Made by a program: the position numbers and the translations under genes. 64,000 nt of DNA from Candidatus Hydrogenedentota bacterium (GTDB lineage: Bacteria > Hydrogenedentota > Hydrogenedentia > Hydrogenedentales > SLHB01). The DNA is taken from the NCBI GenBank assembly GCA_963745075.1, contig CAVUWV010000018.1:96001-160000 (forward strand), given 5' to 3'. Each line of letters begins with the position of its first letter. Within the stretch, counting starts at the first letter, position 1. The notes beneath the pieces were generated by a model that made no database searches, was not told the DNA's origin, and worked only from the letters and a program-made list of their open reading frames with translations. Below are positions 9,197-18,846 of this stretch, in pieces.

Positions 9197-10813
9197 TCAG
9201 ATAGGTTGCAGGGCGTCGTTCATCTTTTCCAAGATGAACGCGACCATTTCGTGGGTGGTGGTGAGGGGGAGTTTGGTCAGGGCGCTGGGGGGACAGCCGG
9301 CTTTGTAGGTTTGGACGCTAATGTCGAGGCCGGCTTTGTTGAGTCGGGTGGCGAATTTTTGGGCGGGGGCAAGTTTGTGGAAGTAGACGCCGGCGAGGTG
9401 TCGGCGGCCTTCGATGGCACTGATGAGATGGTTATAGCGCAATGCGAGATCTTTCAGGCCGCGTTCGTAGGTCTCTCCCACTTCGCTGGTGACGTCGGCG
9501 TTGGCTTCGGCCCATCGCATCGTGACGAGGTACGCGAGGGAGGCCAACTCTTCCTGTCCGTTGGTGACGAGGGCGCCGAACTGGGGCAGGGTGTCCATGG
9601 AGGAATTGAAGAGAATGCGCGAGGCCGGAAATTCCCCGCCGGGGAACCCTTTGCCGACGGCGACGAAGGTGGGTTTGAGTCCATAATCGCGGAACAGAAA
9701 AATCTTCGGGCTCCAGACGCAGGACTGGATTTCGTCAGCGACGGTGGGCACGTCCCGCTTGCGGCATAGGGCATAGGCGCGGCGGATGAACTGGCGGGTG
9801 AGCCGTTTGCCGCCGTAGTTCATGAGGATGAGTTCGTGGAAGAATCCGGCGATCTTGTACGGTTTCTTGTCGTATACCTTGAAGACGGATTCCAACTCGT
9901 CCATGGCGTTGGGACGGACGCTCCGTATAATGAGGGCGCCTCCCTTTTCCAAGGACGTGCGCAGGTCGGCCCACATGCCGCGCATGCATTGGGTCAGGAT
10001 GGTGGTGCCATGGTAATTGGCCTGCAATCCACCTTCGTCGTCGCCGAGAACGACGATGACGGGGATGCGGCCCTTGTAGACGGGTTCGGGGGAATCTGTC
10101 TGGGCTTTGTAAAACCGGTTCAAGATCATCTTTAGTGCGGCCTCGGCAGCGAGGCTTCCGGTCTCGAGGTTCAGCACGCGGTTCGGCCGTGTCGTTCGGT
10201 TGGACGCGATTTGTTGCCGGACGGCGGCACTGTCGCCGGGCGCGATCCCGGATGCGACTCGGATCAGTTCTTCCTCCAGAAGCCGGGTGATGTGGCCGCG
10301 TGTGTTGTTATGTGTGGCGTTTGGGATTCCCAATTGGCGGGCATGATCGATCAACTGAAAGCCAGGGAATCCATGACCGAGAGGCGCGTGATAGTGTTCG
10401 CTCTTTGCGATGAAATGGAGACGGCCGTCTTCGCCAATCCGGTAGGTACCGTAAGCGGACAGGGGCGCGGCAGCGCGTTTAGAGGCGGCATTGAAACTGT
10501 CGGAGGACGCGCCGAGGGCGGTTTTTCGCGCGGACTTGGACCACGCCGTGCCGACATGAGCGAGCAGGCCGTACGCCGCGCGTTGCATGGACCGGGGATA
10601 AAAGTCCACCGGCCGCGCCGCGAGATCGCTTAGCCGCTGTTGACTCTCGCCGGTCAAGCGCGCGCGGGCGGCGCAGACGGCGTCCATATACAGGCGCCCC
10701 AACAAGTCGACGAGACTCAATTCGACGGGAACGAATTCGGTTTTGCTGCCCAGTGCCACGTAGACCCCCTTCAGTTGCGGCCGTTCAGGTTTGACTCGAC
10801 GGGATTGTATCAA
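9197..10813 (-). CDS. Class III aminotransferase-like PLP enzyme (likely start GTG 10759)
   Basis: TGSLAAEAALK, NYHG, ADEIQS and VGKGFPGG (PLP lysine). Confidence 0.8.
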   Translation of the reverse strand: MIQSRRVKPERPQLKGVYVALGSKTEFVPVELSLVDLLGRLYMDAVCAARARLTGESQQRLSDLAARPVDFYPRSMQRAAYGLLAHVGTAWSKSARKTALGASSDSFNAASKRAAAPLSAYGTYRIGEDGRLHFIAKSEHYHAPLGHGFPGFQLIDHARQLGIPNATHNNTRGHITRLLEEELIRVASGIAPGDSAAVRQQIASNRTTRPNRVLNLETGSLAAEAALKMILNRFYKAQTDSPEPVYKGRIPVIVVLGDDEGGLQANYHGTTILTQCMRGMWADLRTSLEKGGALIIRSVRPNAMDELESVFKVYDKKPYKIAGFFHELILMNYGGKRLTRQFIRRAYALCRKRDVPTVADEIQSCVWSPKIFLFRDYGLKPTFVAVGKGFPGGEFPASRILFNSSMDTLPQFGALVTNGQEELASLAYLVTMRWAEANADVTSEVGETYERGLKDLALRYNHLISAIEGRRHLAGVYFHKLAPAQKFATRLNKAGLDISVQTYKAGCPPSALTKLPLTTTHEMVAFILEKMNDALQPI

Positions 10814-10883
10814 AATAATGGCTATGGTGAGTGCATTGATGTAATCGTTGTTCCCCTTCCATTACCCATTGGAGATTTTTCTC

Positions 10884-11849
10884 GTGGCCTCTCTATTCAA
10901 TACAACACTCGAACCGTCTCGAATCTGCCTGGGTACGGCATCTTTCGGCTCGGACATATCCGAAGACACCGCATTTGCATTACTCGACGCTTTCGTAGAA
11001 TGCGGCGGAAACTTTCTCGATACGGCGCATATTTACGCAGCGTGGCGCGAGGGCAAGTGGGGCGCCAGCGAACGCACAGTCGGCAAATGGCTGGCTTCCC
11101 GTGGCGCGCGGAAAAACGTCGTGCTGGCCACGAAGGGCGGTCATCCTCCGCTGGATGCGCTGGACCAGGGGCGTTGCGGTCCGGAGGATCTCGAGAGCGA
11201 CCTCCGCGAAAGCTTGGACCGGCTCGGGGTCGACCGTGTCGACGTGTACTGGCTGCATCGCGACGATCCAGGCCGGCCGGTAGGTGAGATCGTGGAAACG
11301 CTGGCGGGGTTCATTCGCGACGGGCGCATTCGCTCCTATGGAGGTTCAAACTGGACCTGCGAGCGATTGGACGAGGCGAACGCGTACGCGCGGGATCACG
11401 ATCTGCCGCCTTTCGTGGCGAACCAGCCGGGCTGGGCCATGGTGGACCGTGCGTCGTCTGAGCCCCCCGTGCCGGGGATGATCTTTCTTAATAAAGTGGG
11501 CGTGGCGTGGCACAAGGAACGCAGGTTTCCCATGGCGGCGTATTCCGCCCAGGCAAAAGGCTATTTCGGTGAGGACAACGTCGCGTGGGCACGATTGGGC
11601 TCCTCGGGTCCGGTTCCCCACGGCGCCGAGTATGACTCCACGGAAAGCCGAAAGCGGCTGCTTGCCGCGTTGGCTCTCGCGGACATGAAAGGATGTACGG
11701 CGAACCAGATCGCCCTTGCGTATCTGATGCACCAGCCCTTCGTTGTCTACCCGATCATCGGCACTTCAAAGGTGGAGCGGGTCCGCGAAGCGGTGGCAAG
11801 CCAGTCGATCACGCTGACTCCGCAAGATCTGCAAGTCCTTACCGGATAG
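10884..11849 (+). CDS. Aldo/keto reductase
   Basis: CLGTASFG, GGNFLDTAHIY, LATKGG, YWLHRDD, QIALAYL, PIIG; GGAG RBS before GTG. Confidence 0.95.
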   Translation: MASLFNTTLEPSRICLGTASFGSDISEDTAFALLDAFVECGGNFLDTAHIYAAWREGKWGASERTVGKWLASRGARKNVVLATKGGHPPLDALDQGRCGPEDLESDLRESLDRLGVDRVDVYWLHRDDPGRPVGEIVETLAGFIRDGRIRSYGGSNWTCERLDEANAYARDHDLPPFVANQPGWAMVDRASSEPPVPGMIFLNKVGVAWHKERRFPMAAYSAQAKGYFGEDNVAWARLGSSGPVPHGAEYDSTESRKRLLAALALADMKGCTANQIALAYLMHQPFVVYPIIGTSKVERVREAVASQSITLTPQDLQVLTG

Positions 11850-11876
11850 GTTTTTAGAAACCGTACAACATCGTCA

Positions 11877-11915
11877 TTGACAGTCTCAGCCTTCGATGAT
11901 ATCATTTTGATATCG
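11877..11915 (+). promoter_or_regulatory. sigma70 promoter with overlapping palindromic operator (SPFH operon)
   Basis: TTGACA-17 nt-TATCAT with TG extension; GATATCA-TTT-TGATATC palindrome over the -10. Confidence 0.6.
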
Positions 11916-11936
11916 TATTGATAGGAGGGTTGTGCG

Positions 11937-12809
11937 ATGGTTACACAGGAAAAGGAAGTCAATGCCGTCAATGGCTGGGCCATTCTCGGGATCGTCATTC
12001 TGACCGGGTTCGCCCTGGTGGGGGGTCTGATTCACGCCGTTACCTACGAGAACGTGGCACAGGTCGTCGCGCTCGCCTTTGGGGTGGCGATCTGGATCTT
12101 CGTGGCATGCGGTTTTTTCACGCTACAGCCGAACGAAGGGGCGGTACTCGTCCTCTTCGGAGACTACCGGGGAACGGTCCGGACCTCGGGTTTCAAGTGG
12201 GCCAATCCACTACTGAAGAAGATCCGCGTGTCGTTGCGCTGGCGAAATTTTGACGGCGGCACGACCAAGGTGAATGACCTTCGCGGCAACCCTATCGACA
12301 TTTCGGCCGTCGTCGTATGGCGCGTTCAGGACACGGCTAAAGCGGTGTTCGACGTGGACCACTACGATCACTTCGTTTCGGTGCAGAGCGAGGCGGCGTT
12401 GCGGCATCTCGCCATGTCGTATCCGTACGACACCTTTGACGAAGATATACTTTCCTTGCGCGGCAGTCCGGACGAGGTGAGCGAAGCCCTGCAACGGGAA
12501 GTTCAAGACCGCGTGGCCAAGGCCGGTGTTCGCGTCGAGGAAGCGCGGTTGAATCATTTGGCCTATGCGGCGGAAATCGCTGGCGCCATGTTGCAGCGGC
12601 AGCAGGCGGACGCCGTTGTAGCCGCCCGCGCACGAATCGTCGAGGGCGCTGTGGGCATGGTCGAGATGGCGCTTGATAAATTGGAAGAGTACGGCAAAAT
12701 CGAGCTCGACGAGGAGCGCAAAACCGCGATGGTGAGCAATCTGCTCGTCGTGCTGTGTGGTCACCAGCCTGTACAGCCTATTGTGAACACGGGAACGTTG
12801 TATACGTAG
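11937..12809 (+). CDS. SPFH/band-7 domain membrane protein
   Basis: Two N-terminal TMs; [46 protein letters not shown]. Confidence 0.93.
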   Translation: MVTQEKEVNAVNGWAILGIVILTGFALVGGLIHAVTYENVAQVVALAFGVAIWIFVACGFFTLQPNEGAVLVLFGDYRGTVRTSGFKWANPLLKKIRVSLRWRNFDGGTTKVNDLRGNPIDISAVVVWRVQDTAKAVFDVDHYDHFVSVQSEAALRHLAMSYPYDTFDEDILSLRGSPDEVSEALQREVQDRVAKAGVRVEEARLNHLAYAAEIAGAMLQRQQADAVVAARARIVEGAVGMVEMALDKLEEYGKIELDEERKTAMVSNLLVVLCGHQPVQPIVNTGTLYT

Positions 12810-12857
12810 CAATCAACGCAACCAGAGGTGGACCGGTAGCATGCGGCGGCACTTTAA

Positions 12858-13017
12858 GAACATCCCCCTTGATCCCCCTACAAAGGGGGAGTTACTCAAG
12901 CGAGTTTTGGGCCGGCGTTTGTTGTGCTCGTCCACGTATAAGGTTCTTGGTGGTTCTATCGCAACGCAAAGCGTTGCGATATCCTCCCCCTTTGAAGGGG
13001 GATCAAGGGGGATGTTC
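12858..13017. repeat. 160-bp MITE/REP-doublet-like element with 34-bp terminal inverted repeats
   Basis: GAACATCCCCCTTGATCCCCCTACAAAGGGGGAG (12858-12891) matches the reverse complement of 12984-13017 with 1 mismatch; internal hairpin at 12957-12981. Confidence 0.8.
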
Positions 13018-13072
13018 GTTTGCCAGATACCTGTCCGGAGTTGCCCGCACCTGTATTGACCGAGGAATTGTT

Positions 13073-13248
13073 TTGGCTCAACGGAAGTCGTTATTACTGA
13101 GACTGCCTCCTCAACTGGTTGACGAACTCAACCGTTGGGCCAAAGACGATCTGCGAAGTTTGAATGGCAGGTCGAGTATTTGCTCCGAGAGTCAGTGCGC
13201 AAGCGGCGCAAAGAACTGAAGGACGACGAAGAGGATCAAGCGGAGTAG
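13073..13248 (+). CDS. Small Arc/ribbon-helix-helix DNA-binding protein, one frameshift at ~13168
   Basis: MAQRKSLLLRLPPQLVDELNRWAKDDLRSLNG continues as (Q)VEYLLRESVRK after restoring one base; typical partner downstream of this SPFH type. Confidence 0.75.
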
Positions 13249-13320
13249 GTCACAAGGGGGCGGATATCGCTATAGGTTGCGATTGAGGAGAACTTTCCTG
13301 ACCTTGGAGAACAAAACGAA

Positions 13321-13818
13321 ATGAGTCTGGCCTGGTTCGTTTTTCCGTTCTTAGCTATCGTTGCGGCGTTCGGGGCGCTTTTAGCCGTTGGCACCTTGGT
13401 TTCCCTGCGAAAGTCCCGTGCAACGATGCGTTGGCCCGCGGTGGAAGCGAGGCTGGCCGATGCCGGCGTCGAAGATGGCGACCGCTACGAAGACCAGAAA
13501 GTGATTTGCATCCGCTATTCGTATACGGTCGGCGGCGATACCTACACCGGAAAGGGGATACGCCCGCATCATTCCATAGACGAGGCAGACGGGCAAGAGT
13601 TGCTGGCGCGCGTGGGACGGAGCAAGACGTTTCTCGTACGCTACAACCCACGCGATCCGGAAGAAGCCTACCTTTTACCCGGCACCTTTCGAGATGAATG
13701 GGCGGCGTTGTATGCCGGCTTGCTCTTCCTCGTCGCAGCGACCCTCTTCATGCTGGTCTTCCACTTCATGACGGCTGGATCGGCGGACTACGCGTCAGCG
13801 GTGACGATTCTGGAGTAG
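13321..13818 (+). CDS. DUF3592-like membrane protein
   Basis: TM-WPAVEA...IRYSYTVGG...VRYNPRDPEEAYL-TM. Confidence 0.8.
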   Translation: MSLAWFVFPFLAIVAAFGALLAVGTLVSLRKSRATMRWPAVEARLADAGVEDGDRYEDQKVICIRYSYTVGGDTYTGKGIRPHHSIDEADGQELLARVGRSKTFLVRYNPRDPEEAYLLPGTFRDEWAALYAGLLFLVAATLFMLVFHFMTAGSADYASAVTILE

Positions 13819-13825
13819 CTCCGCC

Positions 13826-14368
13826 ATGGGAACAAAACCCGCGACACGCCGGTCGAAGAAGGGAACACCGCTGGTCCGTATACTCGCCATCGGAATTGGA
13901 GCGTCCTTCGCCGCTTACGGTCTCTACACGAGTGTCGCGGAACTGAACCGCGTCATCCACGGTCACAACGTGGCAACGTGGCCGACGGTTGCCGCCACGA
14001 TTACGACCTGCGAATTGCAGCAGTGGACGGACGAAAACTCGACATCGTATCAATTGGATATTGCGTATGAGTACATGGTCGATGGCACAACGTACCGCGC
14101 GAGCGGCATTCATCCTGCTGTGCATGAGGGCAGAGAACCGGTGCGCAGCTTGTACCTGGCGCTGACGGGACACAAACGCGTGATGGTGCGATACAACCCG
14201 GATGATCCATCGGAAGCGTATCTTTTTGGGGGAATCTTCACGAGACACTTTGGCACGGTTTTTGGTCAACTGTCGTTCTTCGCGTTCGGTGTGCTGTTCG
14301 GTCTCGTCGTCCATTGCTCTCTGCCTTCGCGATCGCATTTCGCGAATCGGCTTGCCGTTGTCCGGTGA
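13826..14368 (+). CDS. DUF3592-like membrane protein (tandem paralog)
   Basis: TM-WPTVAA...IAYEYMVDG...VRYNPDDPSEAYL-TM. Confidence 0.8.
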   Translation: MGTKPATRRSKKGTPLVRILAIGIGASFAAYGLYTSVAELNRVIHGHNVATWPTVAATITTCELQQWTDENSTSYQLDIAYEYMVDGTTYRASGIHPAVHEGREPVRSLYLALTGHKRVMVRYNPDDPSEAYLFGGIFTRHFGTVFGQLSFFAFGVLFGLVVHCSLPSRSHFANRLAVVR

Positions 14369-14472
14369 CACTGACTAAGCGCCGGGACTCTGACAGCGCG
14401 GATTCAAAGGTTCGTTTCTAAAGGGTGGAGACATTCCGATGGCTCCTCACGAAAGCGGGATGAACCGCTTGA

Positions 14473-14529
14473 CAAGGGGAACGGGCGTCTCGCCCGTGGC
14501 GGGTACACGGGCGGGACGCCGTCTCCTTG
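14473..14529. repeat. REP-like imperfect palindrome
   Basis: CAAGGGGAACGGGCGTCTCGCCCGTG ... CACGGGCGGGACGCCGTCTCCTTG. Confidence 0.6.
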
Positions 14530-14620
14530 AACTCCATGCATACTCGGGTTGTATGCCCATACCAGGCACTCGCCATGCTATCCTTGAACGTAGCGCAAAA
14601 CGCAAGCGAGGAGAAGCCGA

Positions 14621-15420
14621 ATGCCAAATCTGAATGATTACCAGGGCTGGGCGTTTATCACGGGCGCGTCGGCGGGGATTGGGCAAGCGTTTGCTCGTGC
14701 GTTGGCGGCTGAAGGGGTCTCGTGCGTACTGGTTGCGCGCCGCGTCGATCGGCTGGAAGCGCTGGCGCAGGAGCTACGCGATTGGCATGGCGTCGAGTGC
14801 CGCTGCGTCGTACAGGACCTGTCAGCGACAGGCGCGGTCGAGTCGGTTGGTCGAAGCGGTCAAGGACATCCCCATCGGCATACTCGTGAACAATGCGGGG
14901 CTGGGGCATGCCGGACATTTCGAGTCGCGGGACCCGGCGCGTCTGGCGGCGATGATGCAGGTGAACTGTACACTGCCGGTACTGCTGACGCGGGCGCTGA
15001 TCCCGGCGATGGTGGAGCGAAAATGCGGGGCCGTGATTCTGGTCTCGTCGGTCCTGGGACTCGTCACGTGTCCCTATGAAGCGGTATATGCGGCAACGAA
15101 AGCGTTCGACTTGCACCTCGGGGAATCGTTGTACAGCGAATATCGCGGCACGGGGATCGACCTGATCACCTATGCCCACAAGCGACGAAGACAGAGTTCC
15201 TGGTCGCGCAGGGATTCTCGCAGGAGGAGTCCGATGCCCGGCACCGGTTTGCCAATCGGCCGGAGGACATCGTCGAACTCACGCTCCGAAACTTGGGAAG
15301 AAACCAGCGACGGGGCCATTCTTGACCACGACAGCGGACACGATCATCCGCTTTCTCCCGCGCAAACTCCGCGCAATCCTGGCGAGTCCCATGATGGCAA
15401 AGATCCACCTCGGCGAGTGA
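14621..15420 (+). pseudogene. Short-chain dehydrogenase/reductase, three single-base frameshifts (~14849, ~15170, ~15296); probably intact in vivo
   Basis: ITGASAGIG, LVNNAG, YAATK; after frame corrections CPQATKTEF...LRNLG...MMAKIHLGE. Confidence 0.85.
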
Positions 15421-15635
15421 AGAAGGATTTAGTTATCGAAGTTTTCCGTTCGCATAACGATTAGGGTTGAAGTAGTGTACGTTCACTCAGAAGTTGGAGG
15501 ATGACCTGCTTGCTACGGAGCGCCAAACTACTTGCCACCCAGCTTGCAACACTTCTGTGCGACAGCGAAGAATTTCCACAAACCAATGCACAATAGACAC
15601 GTGGTTCTTCCGCTCTAAGAACCGCCGAGTAGGGG

Positions 15636-16730
15636 TCACTCGCCGAGGATGCCGCCTTGCATCTGGCCGAGACGGATGCCCTGGAGCATGAGGTTGAGTT
15701 CGGCGGGGTTGTCGGAGATTTCCATGGCGGTGTCGAGGGTGATGAGTTTGCCCTTCAGCAACGAGTAGAGGCTGTCGTTAAAAGAGAGCATGCCGTCCTC
15801 CCTCCCGGACTGAATGGCGATGGGGAGCTTTCCGAGCCGATTTTCTTTGATGAGCTTGGATACTGCCGGGGTGTTGATCAAGACCTCGCACGCGGGCACG
15901 CGGCCACTGCCCGACGCCCTCGGCAACAGGCGCTGGCACATGATGCCCTTGAGATTGAGCGAGAGCTGCGAACGAATCTGGTCTTGTTGATCCGACGGGA
16001 AGAGATCGACGATACGGTCAATCGTCTGCATGGCGTTCGCGGTGTGGAGTGTGGTGAAAACGAGGTGCCCCGTTTCCGAAGCGCTGATGGCGGCTTGAAA
16101 CGTTTCCAGGTCACGCATCTCTCCCACCAGGATAACGTCCGGATCCTGACGCATGACGGATTTTAACGCGACCGAAAAGTTGTCCGTATCGATTCGAATT
16201 TCTCGCTGGTTCACGACGGATTTCTTGTCGAGATGCGTGTATTCGATGGGATCTTCGATGGTGACGATATGGCATTTTCGGCGTTCGTTGATGTAGTCGA
16301 TAATCGCGGCCAAGGTGGTGGACTTGCCGCTTCCGGTGGTTCCGGTAATCAACACCAGGCCCCGAACCATCATGGCGAACCGCTCGGCGGCCATGGGCAG
16401 GTGCAGGTCTTCGAAATCGGGGATGTGGGATTTGATGTGGCGCATGACCATGGACACGGTCCCGCGCTGCTGGAAGATGTTGACGCGGAATCGTCCGAAC
16501 TCCGGGTCGGAATGGGCGAGGTCGACCTCGTGCTGCTTGTCGAAGAGTTCGCGCTGCGCCTCGGAAAGCAGCTCCGTCATCAGCCCTTGGATGTCGTCGT
16601 GTGTCAACACGCGCTTGCGCGGGACCAGCTCGCCGTCAATCCGGAAATACGGCGTGGAATCCGTTTTCAGATGGATGTCCGACGCCCCCTTTTCGGTGGC
16701 CCGTTGGAGGAGCTGGGTCAACAGCGTCAC
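15636..16730 (-). CDS. pilT: Type IV pilus retraction ATPase, PilT/PilU family
   Basis: ASDIHL, GTTGSGKSTT, TIEDPIE, RQDPDVILVGEMRD, TGHLVFTTLH; IRSQL in place of AIRNLI context, so PilT vs PilU is not resolved. Confidence 0.9.
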   Translation of the reverse strand: MTLLTQLLQRATEKGASDIHLKTDSTPYFRIDGELVPRKRVLTHDDIQGLMTELLSEAQRELFDKQHEVDLAHSDPEFGRFRVNIFQQRGTVSMVMRHIKSHIPDFEDLHLPMAAERFAMMVRGLVLITGTTGSGKSTTLAAIIDYINERRKCHIVTIEDPIEYTHLDKKSVVNQREIRIDTDNFSVALKSVMRQDPDVILVGEMRDLETFQAAISASETGHLVFTTLHTANAMQTIDRIVDLFPSDQQDQIRSQLSLNLKGIMCQRLLPRASGSGRVPACEVLINTPAVSKLIKENRLGKLPIAIQSGREDGMLSFNDSLYSLLKGKLITLDTAMEISDNPAELNLMLQGIRLGQMQGGILGE

Positions 16731-17983
16731 GTACGCTTCATCCTTCTGCGCATGAACGCGGGTATGCCGAGATCCTCCTCGGACTCTCTCGGCGCAAACG
16801 GGGTGATGGTGTCGGAATAGTCCGGCGTTTCGGGTTCGGTGTTCGCGAAATCGTCATCGCTGAAGAGATACTGTTCCTGTGGTTCCGTGCGCGCGGCAAT
16901 CCACTCTTCCACGTCCGCCGAGGCGCTCGTTTCCACGGGTTCGTCGACGGCCGGAGGCGCGGGCTCTTCCACTTCCAAGGTAAGGGAGACCATGTCTTCG
17001 TCGCGCCGCCGGGGCATGGTCGCCTCGTAGGGGAAACCGGCCGCGATCACCGTGACCTGAATTTCGGGCGATGGTTCGTCATCGACCACGGCGCCGAAGA
17101 TGATATTCGCCTTGGGGTGAGCCGCCTTTTGTACGGTGGTAACCGCGTCCAACACTTCACGCATCCCCATGTCGCTGCCGCCTTTGACATTCACGATCAC
17201 ACCGACTGCGCCGTCGATGCTCGACTTCTCCAACAAGGGACAGATGATGGCTTCTTCCGCAGCGCGAACCGCACGCTTATCGTCCTCGGCGGTACCGATT
17301 CCCATTAACGCGCGGCCGCTGCTTTTCATAATGGTGCGCACATCCGCGAAGTCCAGATTAATCAGCCCCGGCAGGGTAATCAATTCGGAGATGGCGCGCA
17401 CGCCGTTGTGCAGAACTTCGTCCGCCAACCGGAAGGCGTTTAGAAAGGACACATTCTCGTGGCACAGGAGCGCCAAGCGGTCGTTGGGTACGACGATAAG
17501 GGCGTCAACCTGTTTTTCCAGGGTCTCAAGCCCGCGAAGGGCATTGTCCATCCGCCCGCCGCCTTCGAATTGGAACGGCAGCGTGACGATCGCGACGGTC
17601 AAGGCCCCGGTTTCTTTGGCGTATTCGGCCACGACGGGGGTGGCGCCCGTGCCGGTACCGCCGCCCAATCCAGCGGTGAGGAAGATCATGTCGGCGCCCA
17701 TGAGGACCTCGGTGATGCGTTCCCGGTCTTCTTTGGCGGCCAGTTCGCCCATTTCAGGTTTGGCGCCGGCGCCGAGACCGACTTTGCCGATCTGCAGACG
17801 CGTGCCCGCGGGCGAATGCTTGAGCGCCTGCGCGTCAGTGTTGATCGTAATGAAATCAACGTCCTTCATTCCGGCTTCGATCATGCGGCCGACCGCGTTC
17901 CCGCCGCCCCCGCCGATTCCGCACACTTTGATAACCGCCTGCTGATCGAAGGAGGAGAATTCGTCCGAAATCCCCATGCTCAT
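16727..17983 (-). CDS. ftsZ: Cell division protein FtsZ
   Basis: GIGGGGGNA, INTDAQAL, GGGTGTG, NLDFAD, C-terminal LGIPAFMRR. Confidence 0.98.
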   Translation of the reverse strand: MSMGISDEFSSFDQQAVIKVCGIGGGGGNAVGRMIEAGMKDVDFITINTDAQALKHSPAGTRLQIGKVGLGAGAKPEMGELAAKEDRERITEVLMGADMIFLTAGLGGGTGTGATPVVAEYAKETGALTVAIVTLPFQFEGGGRMDNALRGLETLEKQVDALIVVPNDRLALLCHENVSFLNAFRLADEVLHNGVRAISELITLPGLINLDFADVRTIMKSSGRALMGIGTAEDDKRAVRAAEEAIICPLLEKSSIDGAVGVIVNVKGGSDMGMREVLDAVTTVQKAAHPKANIIFGAVVDDEPSPEIQVTVIAAGFPYEATMPRRRDEDMVSLTLEVEEPAPPAVDEPVETSASADVEEWIAARTEPQEQYLFSDDDFANTEPETPDYSDTITPFAPRESEEDLGIPAFMRRRMKRT

Positions 17984-18054
17984 TGCTCCATCTCCCAACC
18001 GTGTTGGCCGGCCCCATGCACCCGGCTCGCTTCCCTGCTTTTACTCGGTTTCAT

Positions 18055-18846
18055 TTATAGACACGCCACGTCGCCGTCAAACCGCAGGTCGACATACTCA
18101 TTACATTCCAACCGGCCGCCTTCGTATTTCCAGACGGTGTCCAGGTTCATCGCTTCCTGGAACGGTTTTCCGCGGCCCCAACGGATTTCGTACGGAAGTT
18201 CGTTGCAATACATCCGGATGTCGCTCGTGGAGGGCGCGGCGATCTCCGAAACGGTCACGCACGACGCCACGGAGGTCTGGGCAAAGGCCTGCCACACGTC
18301 GACGGCTTCGCGCAATGAAGGTTGTGTCAGGTGGTTTCCGGGCTCGACCTTGCCCAACCCCGGAACCTGGGTGATGAGAGGTCCAGGGTGGGAGCCGGCG
18401 GGATCGAGTTTCTCGAGCACGTTCAAGTTGATGTCGATGCCATAGAACTGGCTGCGCAAGGCCAGCGTGGCGACGGGAACGCGTTCTTCCACCGCGATGG
18501 ACACCATGTCGGGGAATACGCGGGTCACGCGGCAGCGCTCGATGTAGGGCATGGCGTTGACCTTGGACCGGATATCCGCCGCGGCCAGCAACAGGATGTT
18601 GTCTTCATTGGTGATGCCGGATATCGCTACGATCTCGTTCGCATCGACCAGATGGCTACCCACCACTTTGATGGTCTTGACGCGGAAGTACGTGGAATCG
18701 ATGACATACGTATACAGGGCATAGGCGGCTACACAGGCTACCGTCATGGCAAAGATCGTGGACAGAATCGAGTCAGCGTTCCGCCGGATCGATCGTTTGG
18801 CGACCGCGCGGCGCGAGGTGCGCTTCTTTTTGCTTTGCCGTGCCAT
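18055..18846 (-). CDS. ftsQ: Cell division protein FtsQ/DivIB
   Basis: Basic N-tail, single TM, POTRA (VTRVFPDMVSIAVEERVP), YVDLRF; between murC and ftsZ. Confidence 0.88.
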   Translation of the reverse strand: MARQSKKKRTSRRAVAKRSIRRNADSILSTIFAMTVACVAAYALYTYVIDSTYFRVKTIKVVGSHLVDANEIVAISGITNEDNILLLAAADIRSKVNAMPYIERCRVTRVFPDMVSIAVEERVPVATLALRSQFYGIDINLNVLEKLDPAGSHPGPLITQVPGLGKVEPGNHLTQPSLREAVDVWQAFAQTSVASCVTVSEIAAPSTSDIRMYCNELPYEIRWGRGKPFQEAMNLDTVWKYEGGRLECNEYVDLRFDGDVACL

